Source of the DNA: a virus
IMG/VR virus record: IMGVR_UViG_3300030101_001745
Coordinates: 1 to 64,000 of that record
DNA: 64,000 nt
Direction: 5' to 3' (one strand)
A program made the position numbers and the translations under genes. Position 1 is the first letter of the stretch, and each line of letters begins with the position of its first letter. Shown piece by piece: positions 8,300-16,663 of the stretch. Below the pieces are notes generated by a model, which was not told the origin of the DNA, ran no database searches, and was given only the letters and a program-made list of their open reading frames with translations.

Positions 8300-9721
8300 A
8301 TGACTGGATATATTAAGACAATGAAAGACCTTGAAGCAGCAACCTATGGAATGAGGGGCGCACAGGGCAATGCACTACTAAAGAGCGCAGGTGTAGTCGG
8401 AGGATTTGGAACACCACACGATGCAAGTGGCAGAGACTTTACTGCCGCCACTGGATTGTCCGACCTATACGGAGTCCTATACGGGCAGAAGGTTTGGTCA
8501 ATGCTGAATCAGGAAGTTAACGCACTTTCGATGATGGCAAAGCGACCTTACACTTCCTCTGGTTGGAGGGTTCTAAGGAGCCGACCATCCGGTGGGGCTA
8601 GTGCCGCCTTCGGAGTAGGAAGCGGAGCCGCAGGTTCTGCAACCCCTAGAGCAGACAGACTAGGTGGAGTCACAGAGAACGAGGCTCTAGCAGACATCCC
8701 TGCTCTGTCTCCAGAGTACACCAAACTCTACATCAGCCCTAAGACGATTGCTCATAAGTTTGAGTTCTCAGAGGTTGGTATGGAGATGGCCGCTATTGAT
8801 GACGGTGTAGGTGACATTCGTGCTATCGTTAGAGAGGACATGGGTAAGCACCACGCAGAGGTTCAGAACGTTATGCTTCTGATGCCACTAGAGCGATACT
8901 CGGATGTCGATGGCGCAGTCAACGGAGATGACATTACAGACAGCAACAAGACTGGAGTTATGGAGAACTACACTTCGCTCCACAAGATTGTCTCATCTGC
9001 CGAGGAAATCGGACAGATGTACCTAGACAACATAACGGCTAGGAGCGAGAACGATGGCGGAGTAACGGCAATTTCCCTTGCAGTAAGGAAGATTTTCGGA
9101 ACAGACAGAGAAGTTACGTCTGCCGCCGATGGTGGTGACGCAGGAAGCGTTGACGATGTTGTGATAAACAACACTGGAGACAGGACTTACCTAGATGCAG
9201 AGGTTGACTTCGGTACATCATACGCATCTGCTAGGGTTCTAACTCTATCAATCCTTAACGACATGATTAGGAAGATAAGGCAGAACGGCGGAAACCCGAA
9301 GGTGATGATTACTGGATACGATACTATCCAGCACATCTCTGACCTACTACAGAGCCAAGAGAGATTCATGGACAGGAAGGAGATTGTACCTACCCACAAC
9401 GGAGTTCGCGGGCCTAAAGGTGCTGAAGTCGGTTTCCGTGTAGCAACCTACTACGACATACCCATCATCCCAGCAAAGGACATGCCATCCACAACTGCTT
9501 CGTCAGTTACCAACGGATTGAGCGACATCCTTCTTCTGGACACGGACCATCTGTGGATGAGTGTGATGAAGCCTACTCAATACTTTGAGGATGGTATCGC
9601 TAACGGCAACCCATTCGGTGTTGACAGGCTTGGTAACACAGGTCTGTACAGAACCATGGGCGAGACTGCTTGCTCGTTCTTCAAGGGACAAGGTAAGATA
9701 ACCAACCTAAAGTCTGCGTGA
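8300..9721 (+). CDS. Major capsid protein (HK97 fold)
   Basis: 473 aa, follows the protease; PKTIAHKFEFSE, long backbone helix, YYDIPIIP and LLLDTDHL P-domain-like strands. Confidence 0.88.
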   Translation: MTGYIKTMKDLEAATYGMRGAQGNALLKSAGVVGGFGTPHDASGRDFTAATGLSDLYGVLYGQKVWSMLNQEVNALSMMAKRPYTSSGWRVLRSRPSGGASAAFGVGSGAAGSATPRADRLGGVTENEALADIPALSPEYTKLYISPKTIAHKFEFSEVGMEMAAIDDGVGDIRAIVREDMGKHHAEVQNVMLLMPLERYSDVDGAVNGDDITDSNKTGVMENYTSLHKIVSSAEEIGQMYLDNITARSENDGGVTAISLAVRKIFGTDREVTSAADGGDAGSVDDVVINNTGDRTYLDAEVDFGTSYASARVLTLSILNDMIRKIRQNGGNPKVMITGYDTIQHISDLLQSQERFMDRKEIVPTHNGVRGPKGAEVGFRVATYYDIPIIPAKDMPSTTASSVTNGLSDILLLDTDHLWMSVMKPTQYFEDGIANGNPFGVDRLGNTGLYRTMGETACSFFKGQGKITNLKSA

Positions 9722-9733
9722 GGTGGTTGTTGA

Positions 9734-10117
9734 ATGGCAACCGTAGTAACGATACTTGAGGACCACAAGGGTATGACCACGCCTAGAGTATCTGGTGATG
9801 AGTATTTCGTAGATGTCTTAGTTGACATGGACGCATATCCCGGAACCGATGATGTAGGTATCCTAGTGAATGCCGCAGATTGTGGACTCAGCACCATTCA
9901 CCAAGTGATGGTGACTGGTCAGGACACCTTTACGGGACTAGTTGTCCCAGAGGTGTTGTCCACAGGTTCATACACAACGAACACAGGAAGCGGAGCAACT
10001 GCTTCTACGACTTCGTTCTGTCTGAACGTGCTACACGAAGTAAGTAACCAGATAGCAGAGCATACCGGAACCACAGATTACGGTTCTGTGCGCTGTCGAG
10101 TTTACGGCCTTCTCTGA
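9734..10117 (+). CDS. Putative capsid decoration / minor head protein
   Basis: Beta-rich 127-aa ORF immediately after the MCP, with GAGGTGG RBS. Confidence 0.55.
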   Translation: MATVVTILEDHKGMTTPRVSGDEYFVDVLVDMDAYPGTDDVGILVNAADCGLSTIHQVMVTGQDTFTGLVVPEVLSTGSYTTNTGSGATASTTSFCLNVLHEVSNQIAEHTGTTDYGSVRCRVYGLL

Positions 10118-10129
10118 GTAAAACATAAA

Positions 10130-10171
10130 GTAGTGGCCCTCTTCCTAGAGCATCAGGAAGGGGGTCGCTAC
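10130..10171 (+). promoter_or_regulatory. 17-bp RNA stem-loop after the capsid genes (stabiliser, attenuator or processing site)
   Basis: gtagtggccctcttcct / agagcatc / aggaagggggtcgctac; 14 Watson-Crick pairs plus 3 G.U pairs, no mismatches. Confidence 0.7.
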
Positions 10172-10192
10172 CCTCTATTACTAGGTGAGAAT

Positions 10193-10714
10193 ATGGCTAA
10201 GGTTAGACTAACTAACAGACCATTGAATGGTCGGGCAATGAGAATAAATTTTGGAACAGATAGGTACGTTGTAGGATACAAACAAGACGTAGACATACCT
10301 CTGAGATATGCTAGTTCGCTTCTTAGAGATGACAACTACACAGTAGTATTAGATTCAAGTGATGAGAAGGACTTGGCTACTATGTCAAAGTACAAGAGAA
10401 GCCATCTAATTGGACACTATGATGGATTGTCCGAGGATGATGATGGCCCGACCATGGTTAAGAAACTGTTCGGGAAGAGCAAGTCCTTCTTTGGTAGTAA
10501 GGCCAAGCCGGAGAAACTACCAGAGGCTAAGGAAGAGATTCATCCTCAAATGGAGAAGCCAGTCAAGGAAGAAAAGGAAGTCCTTGCCCCTTTGCCACCA
10601 AATCTAGAGAAACTCACCAACAAGCAACTCAAGGCTCTACTCGATGAGAGAGGAATCAAGGCAGACGGTAAGAAGTCGATTCTAATTGATGCGCTATTGG
10701 AGGCAGAAGGATGA
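10193..10714 (+). CDS. Protein with C-terminal SAP/HeH-like nucleic-acid-binding motif
   Basis: LEKLTNKQLKALLDERGIKADGKKSILIDALLE; ATG at 10193 after GGTGAG. Confidence 0.7.
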   Translation: MAKVRLTNRPLNGRAMRINFGTDRYVVGYKQDVDIPLRYASSLLRDDNYTVVLDSSDEKDLATMSKYKRSHLIGHYDGLSEDDDGPTMVKKLFGKSKSFFGSKAKPEKLPEAKEEIHPQMEKPVKEEKEVLAPLPPNLEKLTNKQLKALLDERGIKADGKKSILIDALLEAEG

Positions 10715-11025
10715 CCACAGTAGCAACTAGCAAGATGCTAACTAATCCAAGCAACGTTAATGTGGTTGGTGGTAAGTCTCCACAGAAGGTTCGATTGAAT
10801 AGCATTCATATTAGTACAGATGGTGGTTCTACTGCACAAGTTCAGATATTTGACAGTCATGATGCCACTACTGCTTCTGCTGACCAGATAACAAGAATCT
10901 ACCTACCAGCCGCAGTAACGAATCTAGAGCATGACTTTCATGGGGCTTTGCTATCAGACGGAATATTAGTGAATGTATCGAATAACGCTTCTGCTACCGT
11001 CTGCATAACAATTAATTATAGTTGA
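10711..11025 (+). CDS. Small beta-rich hypothetical (possibly virion) protein
   Basis: ATGA overlap, 104 aa. Confidence 0.65.
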   Translation: MTTVATSKMLTNPSNVNVVGGKSPQKVRLNSIHISTDGGSTAQVQIFDSHDATTASADQITRIYLPAAVTNLEHDFHGALLSDGILVNVSNNASATVCITINYS

Positions 11026-11034
11026 GGAAAAAAT

Positions 11035-11442
11035 ATGCCAAGCCTAGAAACAGACACCCGCATGATTATGGCGATACTGTTCGTAGGTTCGATGTGTGGT
11101 GTGAATGTATTCGCATACTCACAGTACGGAATATCCTTCCCATATGGCCCGGAGGCACATGCCATCTTATTTGGCATTAGTACGGTAGGTGGGATACTTG
11201 TTGTCAAAGTGGCATTCGATGTGTTCCTTAGCGATATGATTGAGGAAACCCTACTTAGGAGAGCCATTGATGGCTATTGGGGTAGAAAGGAAAGAGAAGA
11301 GCAGAACAAGAGAAGAGTACGAGAGTCGATGGCTCGCTTCCAACAGAACTACACTCCTTACGGAGATTCTACTCTTCCAACGGTGAAGGCCGAAGAACCA
11401 GAGACAATGACTCCTGCGTTCTTAACACTTGAAAACCAGTAG
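11035..11442 (+). CDS. Two-TM membrane protein with charged helical C-tail (holin-like topology)
   Basis: Hydrophobic segments MIMAILFVGSMCGVNVFAY and AILFGISTVGGILVVKVAFDVFL. Confidence 0.75.
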   Translation: MPSLETDTRMIMAILFVGSMCGVNVFAYSQYGISFPYGPEAHAILFGISTVGGILVVKVAFDVFLSDMIEETLLRRAIDGYWGRKEREEQNKRRVRESMARFQQNYTPYGDSTLPTVKAEEPETMTPAFLTLENQ

Positions 11443-11457
11443 ATGTGAGGAATATGT

Positions 11458-11682
11458 ATGGTCAGCGAAATCCTATTTGGAATGGATGAGTCTACCCTCG
11501 CATATGACTTACAAAGAGCGCACTCTGCTGATATCTGGTTTCTAAGGGCTAGGTTCTACCTATGGGGTGGAATCTTCTGTCTGGGTAGTTTTGCACTTGG
11601 ACAACTCCTAGCGGTTTATGGAATCAATACGCTATCAATGACATGGAATGGTCTAGTAGACTTCTGGAATCATCTGTGGTGA
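11458..11682 (+). CDS. Small membrane protein (1 TM plus Trp-rich amphipathic C-terminal helix)
   Basis: FYLWGGIFCLGSFALGQLLAVYGI; TWNGLVDFWNHLW. Confidence 0.7.
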   Translation: MVSEILFGMDESTLAYDLQRAHSADIWFLRARFYLWGGIFCLGSFALGQLLAVYGINTLSMTWNGLVDFWNHLW

Positions 11683-11686
11683 TATA

Positions 11687-12358
11687 TTGTCAGTAATGGC
11701 AGGTTTTGCCATATTGATAGTCGAGGGACTCAACAAACTATACCAACGTGTACATGCAATCAATTTCGGTATATATGGGGCTACCAGAGCAGGTAAGACC
11801 ACTATGAATCACCAGTTGAGAACGAGAGGTGATGTTCCAGATATTCGACATAGGACAGAAGGATTGCAACGTGCAAGCAGGAAGTACGTCAAACTAGACG
11901 GTGATGCACATACTGTGAAAACGGCTGATGTAGGTGGACAAACGGTATACTGGAATGACTGGTTGAACGATATGAGGAATCGAAGAGTCAAGTACATCAT
12001 CTTCATGATGGATGATAGACACATGGACAAGCATTATGATATCGAACAACAACTGTGTTGGACTTTCCTAGTGGATACAATTTGCAGTACAGAATGGAAC
12101 ATCAATGGTAAGAGAAAGAAGAAAAGAGAATCAGACTATCCAGTAGCAGTAGGAATATGGGCTAACAAGTATGACTTGTGGAAAGACAAGTATGAACATG
12201 ATGGGCCAATAGAACAGCATCCTATTTTCTCTGCATTCAGAGATGGCATTCAAAGATTGAACGACAAAGGAATACCTTGCTACAAATACATAGTAAGTGC
12301 CAAGACAGACTCTGAGATGGTCTACAGAGGTGTCCTAACCATGATAAAGGACTACTAG
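11687..12358 (+). CDS. Arf-like small GTPase (Ras superfamily)
   Basis: G1 GATRAGKT, G2 RTEG, G3 DVGGQ, IIFMMD, G4 ANKYD, G5 SAK; hydrophobic/amphipathic N-terminus; TTG start after GGTGA. Confidence 0.9.
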   Translation: MSVMAGFAILIVEGLNKLYQRVHAINFGIYGATRAGKTTMNHQLRTRGDVPDIRHRTEGLQRASRKYVKLDGDAHTVKTADVGGQTVYWNDWLNDMRNRRVKYIIFMMDDRHMDKHYDIEQQLCWTFLVDTICSTEWNINGKRKKKRESDYPVAVGIWANKYDLWKDKYEHDGPIEQHPIFSAFRDGIQRLNDKGIPCYKYIVSAKTDSEMVYRGVLTMIKDY

Positions 12359-12370
12359 TTCGGTGAACAT

Positions 12371-13045
12371 ATGTCAATGTCATTCCAACCACCAAGTTTG
12401 ATAGGTTCTTCGACAACGAATGTAACCAATACGGCATTCATGGATAGAATGGAACATGCTAGAAGCGCGGGTTCCATAATGCAATATGAATACAAGAGCG
12501 TCAAGCCAAAGAAACAATTGAAAGAGATAATCAAGGTACTAACACCTGAGAAGAAAACATTCCTGAAAATACCATACAGATTCAAGTACAACATCAAAGA
12601 TAGATGTGTAGTGTGCGGTACACACAAAGTATGGGATGCAAGTGATAATCTTCGACCACCTCTACCATTACACAAGGTTCGCAAGGGATACCCAATGCGA
12701 GGAACCTACTGTGAGAAACATGCAGGTATACACAGGCAATACGAGATGCTAGAGCAACAGGTACTAGCAGAGGAACATGGATTGTCATTCAGCGCATACA
12801 TACCTAAGACCCCATCTATGCAGACTCTGAATCCATTGTCCTCTGGCCCTTTGACTACCTTGAAAGAAACTGATATCATGTCACTTTCTTCTGTCGGTTG
12901 GACAATTAAACCACCTACGGCAGAACAAGAAAACATCGAAGAAGAATTGTTTCGGTTGCTAATAGAGCAAAATACAATTAACCAACGAGTGAAAACGTTA
13001 TTGACCGAGGGTGCGAAGGTCACCATTAAGGAGAGTGATGCGTGA
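12371..13045 (+). CDS. Putative Zn-binding protein with C-terminal coiled coil
   Basis: CVVCG ... YCEKH; C-terminal heptad-like helix. Confidence 0.7.
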   Translation: MSMSFQPPSLIGSSTTNVTNTAFMDRMEHARSAGSIMQYEYKSVKPKKQLKEIIKVLTPEKKTFLKIPYRFKYNIKDRCVVCGTHKVWDASDNLRPPLPLHKVRKGYPMRGTYCEKHAGIHRQYEMLEQQVLAEEHGLSFSAYIPKTPSMQTLNPLSSGPLTTLKETDIMSLSSVGWTIKPPTAEQENIEEELFRLLIEQNTINQRVKTLLTEGAKVTIKESDA

Positions 13046-13764
13046 TGGGGCTTTTTGGAACTAGTAACACATCTCTGTATAATCAAATGCAGAATAATCA
13101 ACAGGCACAGTTCAAGACAATGAACAATCTGTTGACTCTACAGGAGAATCACGTAGAGGATTTCTTTCAGTATCATGGTGAGGCATTTCTATCTGCATTG
13201 GCACAACTAGTGGGTGATGTGGTTAACAAGACTGTTAGTGAGATATTGACAAATCTCGCTTTCGTCACTTCCAACAATGGTAATCTTTCTCTATCTGTAG
13301 ATTCTACCAATGCTCTCAATGCTATCACACAGGCAAACATTGAGTTGGACATACAGACTCTTCTTGCTTCTGCGATAAACTCCGAAGTCATCATGCAGAG
13401 AAGAATGGCTAAGACGCAATACCTTGAGGCTCAAGGATTTGCTATGCCACAAGAACAGCAGGTCACACAACAGCAAGCAACGGTGGGTGGTATGCCCGGT
13501 CAGCCCAATACTAATGGTATAGACCCATCAATGATACAAGGTGGTAACGCCTCTGTCCAGATGAACAACGCGATGATGCAACAGCAAATGGCATTCAACA
13601 ACCAATCTGGATATCCCGTACCTCCTTCTGGATATGACAATATGAACAATCCATATTGGATAGACCCTGTATCCGGTCAGATGACATACACCCCGCCCGC
13701 AAGCGGGCTTGGTCTTGCTAATGCCGTCAGTAAGGGCATTGCTTGGGCCAAGTGGCTTGCATAG
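13042..13764 (+). CDS. Q/N/M-rich helical protein with low-complexity tail and amphipathic C-terminus
   Basis: Q/M/P-rich second half; ends GLANAVSKGIAWAKWLA. Confidence 0.75.
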   Translation: MMGLFGTSNTSLYNQMQNNQQAQFKTMNNLLTLQENHVEDFFQYHGEAFLSALAQLVGDVVNKTVSEILTNLAFVTSNNGNLSLSVDSTNALNAITQANIELDIQTLLASAINSEVIMQRRMAKTQYLEAQGFAMPQEQQVTQQQATVGGMPGQPNTNGIDPSMIQGGNASVQMNNAMMQQQMAFNNQSGYPVPPSGYDNMNNPYWIDPVSGQMTYTPPASGLGLANAVSKGIAWAKWLA

Positions 13765-13773
13765 GTGAGGTAG

Positions 13774-16662
13774 ATGGTTCTGATTAAACAAGATAGATAC
13801 AAAGAAAAAATGATTATTCCGGGCGAGTTAATACGCCTAGAAAATCAGAATGTCGTTTTTGATAATCTTCCCGCATCAGCAGACTTTGAAGAATTCTTGA
13901 GAAACATAGCATTCCAGTATCTAACCGCTTATCCTTTCAAGAATCTAGGTAAGAATCAAAGTGCGAAGATGAACAAAGCAAGGAAAGTGATGCCACTACT
14001 TGCTGATGTAGATGAAAGTGATTTCGCAGATGCAAACATATCCACTAGGAAAAACAAGCCCGGTAGTTTTACAGATACTAAGAAAAAAAGATACTTCGAT
14101 ACATTCATGAAAAAACTAGGAAAGGAGAATCTTTCGCTATTGATAAAGATACTTCAAAAGGAAGATTTTCTAGCAAAGGAGTTGAATCTCTCCGAAGCCA
14201 CGATAAAACGTCTAGGTGGTAAGGAAGGAGAGAATCTAACTCTAGAGAGATTGGATAGCGAATCTACCATTCAGAAGGTAGTAGGCTATGAAGCAGGTAC
14301 AGGGCTTTCTCCTAGTGGTAAGATAACTGCGGTGACACCAGAGCAACAGAAAAAATATGAAGATGATATGAAGCAGTATGAAGCAGGTGAAATCAAAGAA
14401 AAACCCGAAGCACCCAAACCAGATTTCCAAGAAGCAGACAAGCCAAACAGAACCATATCCCTACTATCCAAGTTTGACAAGGGAGAACCAATAGTGGACA
14501 TAGGTAGAAACAGCGATACCTTTCAGATGTTTTTGGATAACATATCAATAGAAGGAGATACGATTAAAATTCAAACTGAGGATTACATCAAGGCTATCAT
14601 GGCTATTCATGGGTACTATGACCCAGCGAAGGATGAATGGCAATTTGAGATGAAGGATGCTCCAGAAGGAGCAGACACAGAAGAAATGCAGAACATGCTT
14701 GATAAAATCTTAACGGGAATGGATAAGTTTGAGGATGAACCTGTAGAAAGTTCTTCGGGCTTGAGACAATATATGAAGGAATATAAAAAATTCAAGAGAC
14801 AACTCAAGAGAATGGAGAAAGAGAACTTTCTCACACCAGAGGAAGTCGATACCTATTTACAGAACCTAGAAGATAAGATTGCAGATACTAAGCAAGCCAT
14901 AAAGGATATGCGAGGTGCTGAGACTGGTGCTGATGCTGAAACTGGCGAAGGTGACATCGAAGAAGAACCTCAAGAAGAGATTGAAGTGTTAGAAGCAGGA
15001 AGTCCAGATGAGGATGATGTTGCTGAAAAGATGATGAAGGCGATGGATATCATCAAATCAAGTGTAGGTCAAAGAAGAGAATTGAAGAAAGTAGATAACT
15101 ACAGTATAGAATATATTACTCCGAAAGATAATGGCAAATATACGTTGAAGAAATTCGATGGTACTGAATTAGATAACCTGTCACCTAGAGAGGCATACAA
15201 TGCAAGATTGACAGAGTTGACAGAAACCGACATTAAGAACGCCCTATTATCAAAGCCACCTAAAAGCGGTAGAGATGTACATGGGTTAAGGAGAATGATT
15301 CTATCAACCATAACACCTTCTAATGGCTCTATATCAATTGGGACTACTGAATTCAAAATCAACTATGCTCCGTTCCAAGGAGATGCGGGATATGATAAAT
15401 TCCTAATGTCACTACAGAGAAAGGACACAAAGGAAGATTCGCAGTTTATGGCATATGTACCAGAGTTGCTGAAAGCGACATTCATTCTTTTCAAATACAA
15501 TCAGTTGATTCAAAGTATGCCTAAGTTTGAACTTGCAAAGATGCTTGACAGATATACAGATGAAGACGAACTAGTGCAAGATTTGGTATCGTATGCGGCT
15601 TTGATTACTAACGATGCATACGCATTGAAGAATCCAGAAGGTGGAACTAGACTAGCAAGTAGATACAATCCAGATACCAAAGCATATGAGGAAATAGAAG
15701 AGGAAATACCTGCAATAAAAGACCACCCAGATTGGAAGAAAGCAGTAGAGAACCCACAATACACAGAGTTGTTCAATGCTTGGAAAAAGAAAATTGCAGA
15801 TGCACCTGATGAGATAGACATGGAGACAGGTAAGGTCAAGGAAAAACCGACAGAACCGGGTAAATTCTACGAAGCAGATACCATTGATGAAAAAGGCCGT
15901 CTTGTTGAAGGTAAAGATAGAGAAGACACTCCAATGGTTGAAAGTCAGATAATGGAAGTAGACGACAAGACTCCACCATTTAGAAAGTTCAGATTTGCTA
16001 AAGTTGACTTAAATGATTTTACACAGGGATATACAACTAAAACAGTAGCAGACCTAACTAAATTGGTTGAAGATATCAATAAAATTATCATGTACATAGA
16101 TAACATCGAACTAGCAAAACCAGATGTAGATAAAGCAGAGATGGAGCCACAAGACAAGGCTATCATAGATGGTTTGGGAACTGGAAAGACAAGTCTCTTT
16201 TACAGGCCAAAGGGAGATGTCGGTCTTAGTTACAGTCTATCGGAGTTGTTTACCACGATGTCGGGTGACTCAGCACATGAGGAAATTATGGCAAGTATAG
16301 GAAATAAGGGCCAAGGTCTTATAGAAATTTATTATGACCATAAGGACTACCTCAAGAAACTTCTAGAGAATGCAGGGGGAGTTCAGATAGATGATGATGA
16401 AGACCCATTCATACAACCCCAGATGAATCTAATGTGGCTAGGTAAACCCGTTGACAAGAACAAGGATAGCATACACCAAAGGCAACTTATCCGCACCAAG
16501 CCAGAAGTAAAGGCCGGGAGAAAACAATGGAGAGAGACATATGACTCTCGTAAAGGTGAGAAGAACATATTCGATAAAGAGAAAGCACAGGATGTGAATG
16601 CGCTCATGAAGATAAAGAACAATTATCAAGACTTAAGAAGAGTAATCAATAGCGGTGGTTAA
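13774..16662 (+). CDS. Large (962 aa) acidic hypothetical protein
   Basis: Long ORF with GGTGAGG RBS; no recognisable motifs. Confidence 0.8.
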   Translation: MVLIKQDRYKEKMIIPGELIRLENQNVVFDNLPASADFEEFLRNIAFQYLTAYPFKNLGKNQSAKMNKARKVMPLLADVDESDFADANISTRKNKPGSFTDTKKKRYFDTFMKKLGKENLSLLIKILQKEDFLAKELNLSEATIKRLGGKEGENLTLERLDSESTIQKVVGYEAGTGLSPSGKITAVTPEQQKKYEDDMKQYEAGEIKEKPEAPKPDFQEADKPNRTISLLSKFDKGEPIVDIGRNSDTFQMFLDNISIEGDTIKIQTEDYIKAIMAIHGYYDPAKDEWQFEMKDAPEGADTEEMQNMLDKILTGMDKFEDEPVESSSGLRQYMKEYKKFKRQLKRMEKENFLTPEEVDTYLQNLEDKIADTKQAIKDMRGAETGADAETGEGDIEEEPQEEIEVLEAGSPDEDDVAEKMMKAMDIIKSSVGQRRELKKVDNYSIEYITPKDNGKYTLKKFDGTELDNLSPREAYNARLTELTETDIKNALLSKPPKSGRDVHGLRRMILSTITPSNGSISIGTTEFKINYAPFQGDAGYDKFLMSLQRKDTKEDSQFMAYVPELLKATFILFKYNQLIQSMPKFELAKMLDRYTDEDELVQDLVSYAALITNDAYALKNPEGGTRLASRYNPDTKAYEEIEEEIPAIKDHPDWKKAVENPQYTELFNAWKKKIADAPDEIDMETGKVKEKPTEPGKFYEADTIDEKGRLVEGKDREDTPMVESQIMEVDDKTPPFRKFRFAKVDLNDFTQGYTTKTVADLTKLVEDINKIIMYIDNIELAKPDVDKAEMEPQDKAIIDGLGTGKTSLFYRPKGDVGLSYSLSELFTTMSGDSAHEEIMASIGNKGQGLIEIYYDHKDYLKKLLENAGGVQIDDDEDPFIQPQMNLMWLGKPVDKNKDSIHQRQLIRTKPEVKAGRKQWRETYDSRKGEKNIFDKEKAQDVNALMKIKNNYQDLRRVINSGG

Positions 16663-16663
16663 T

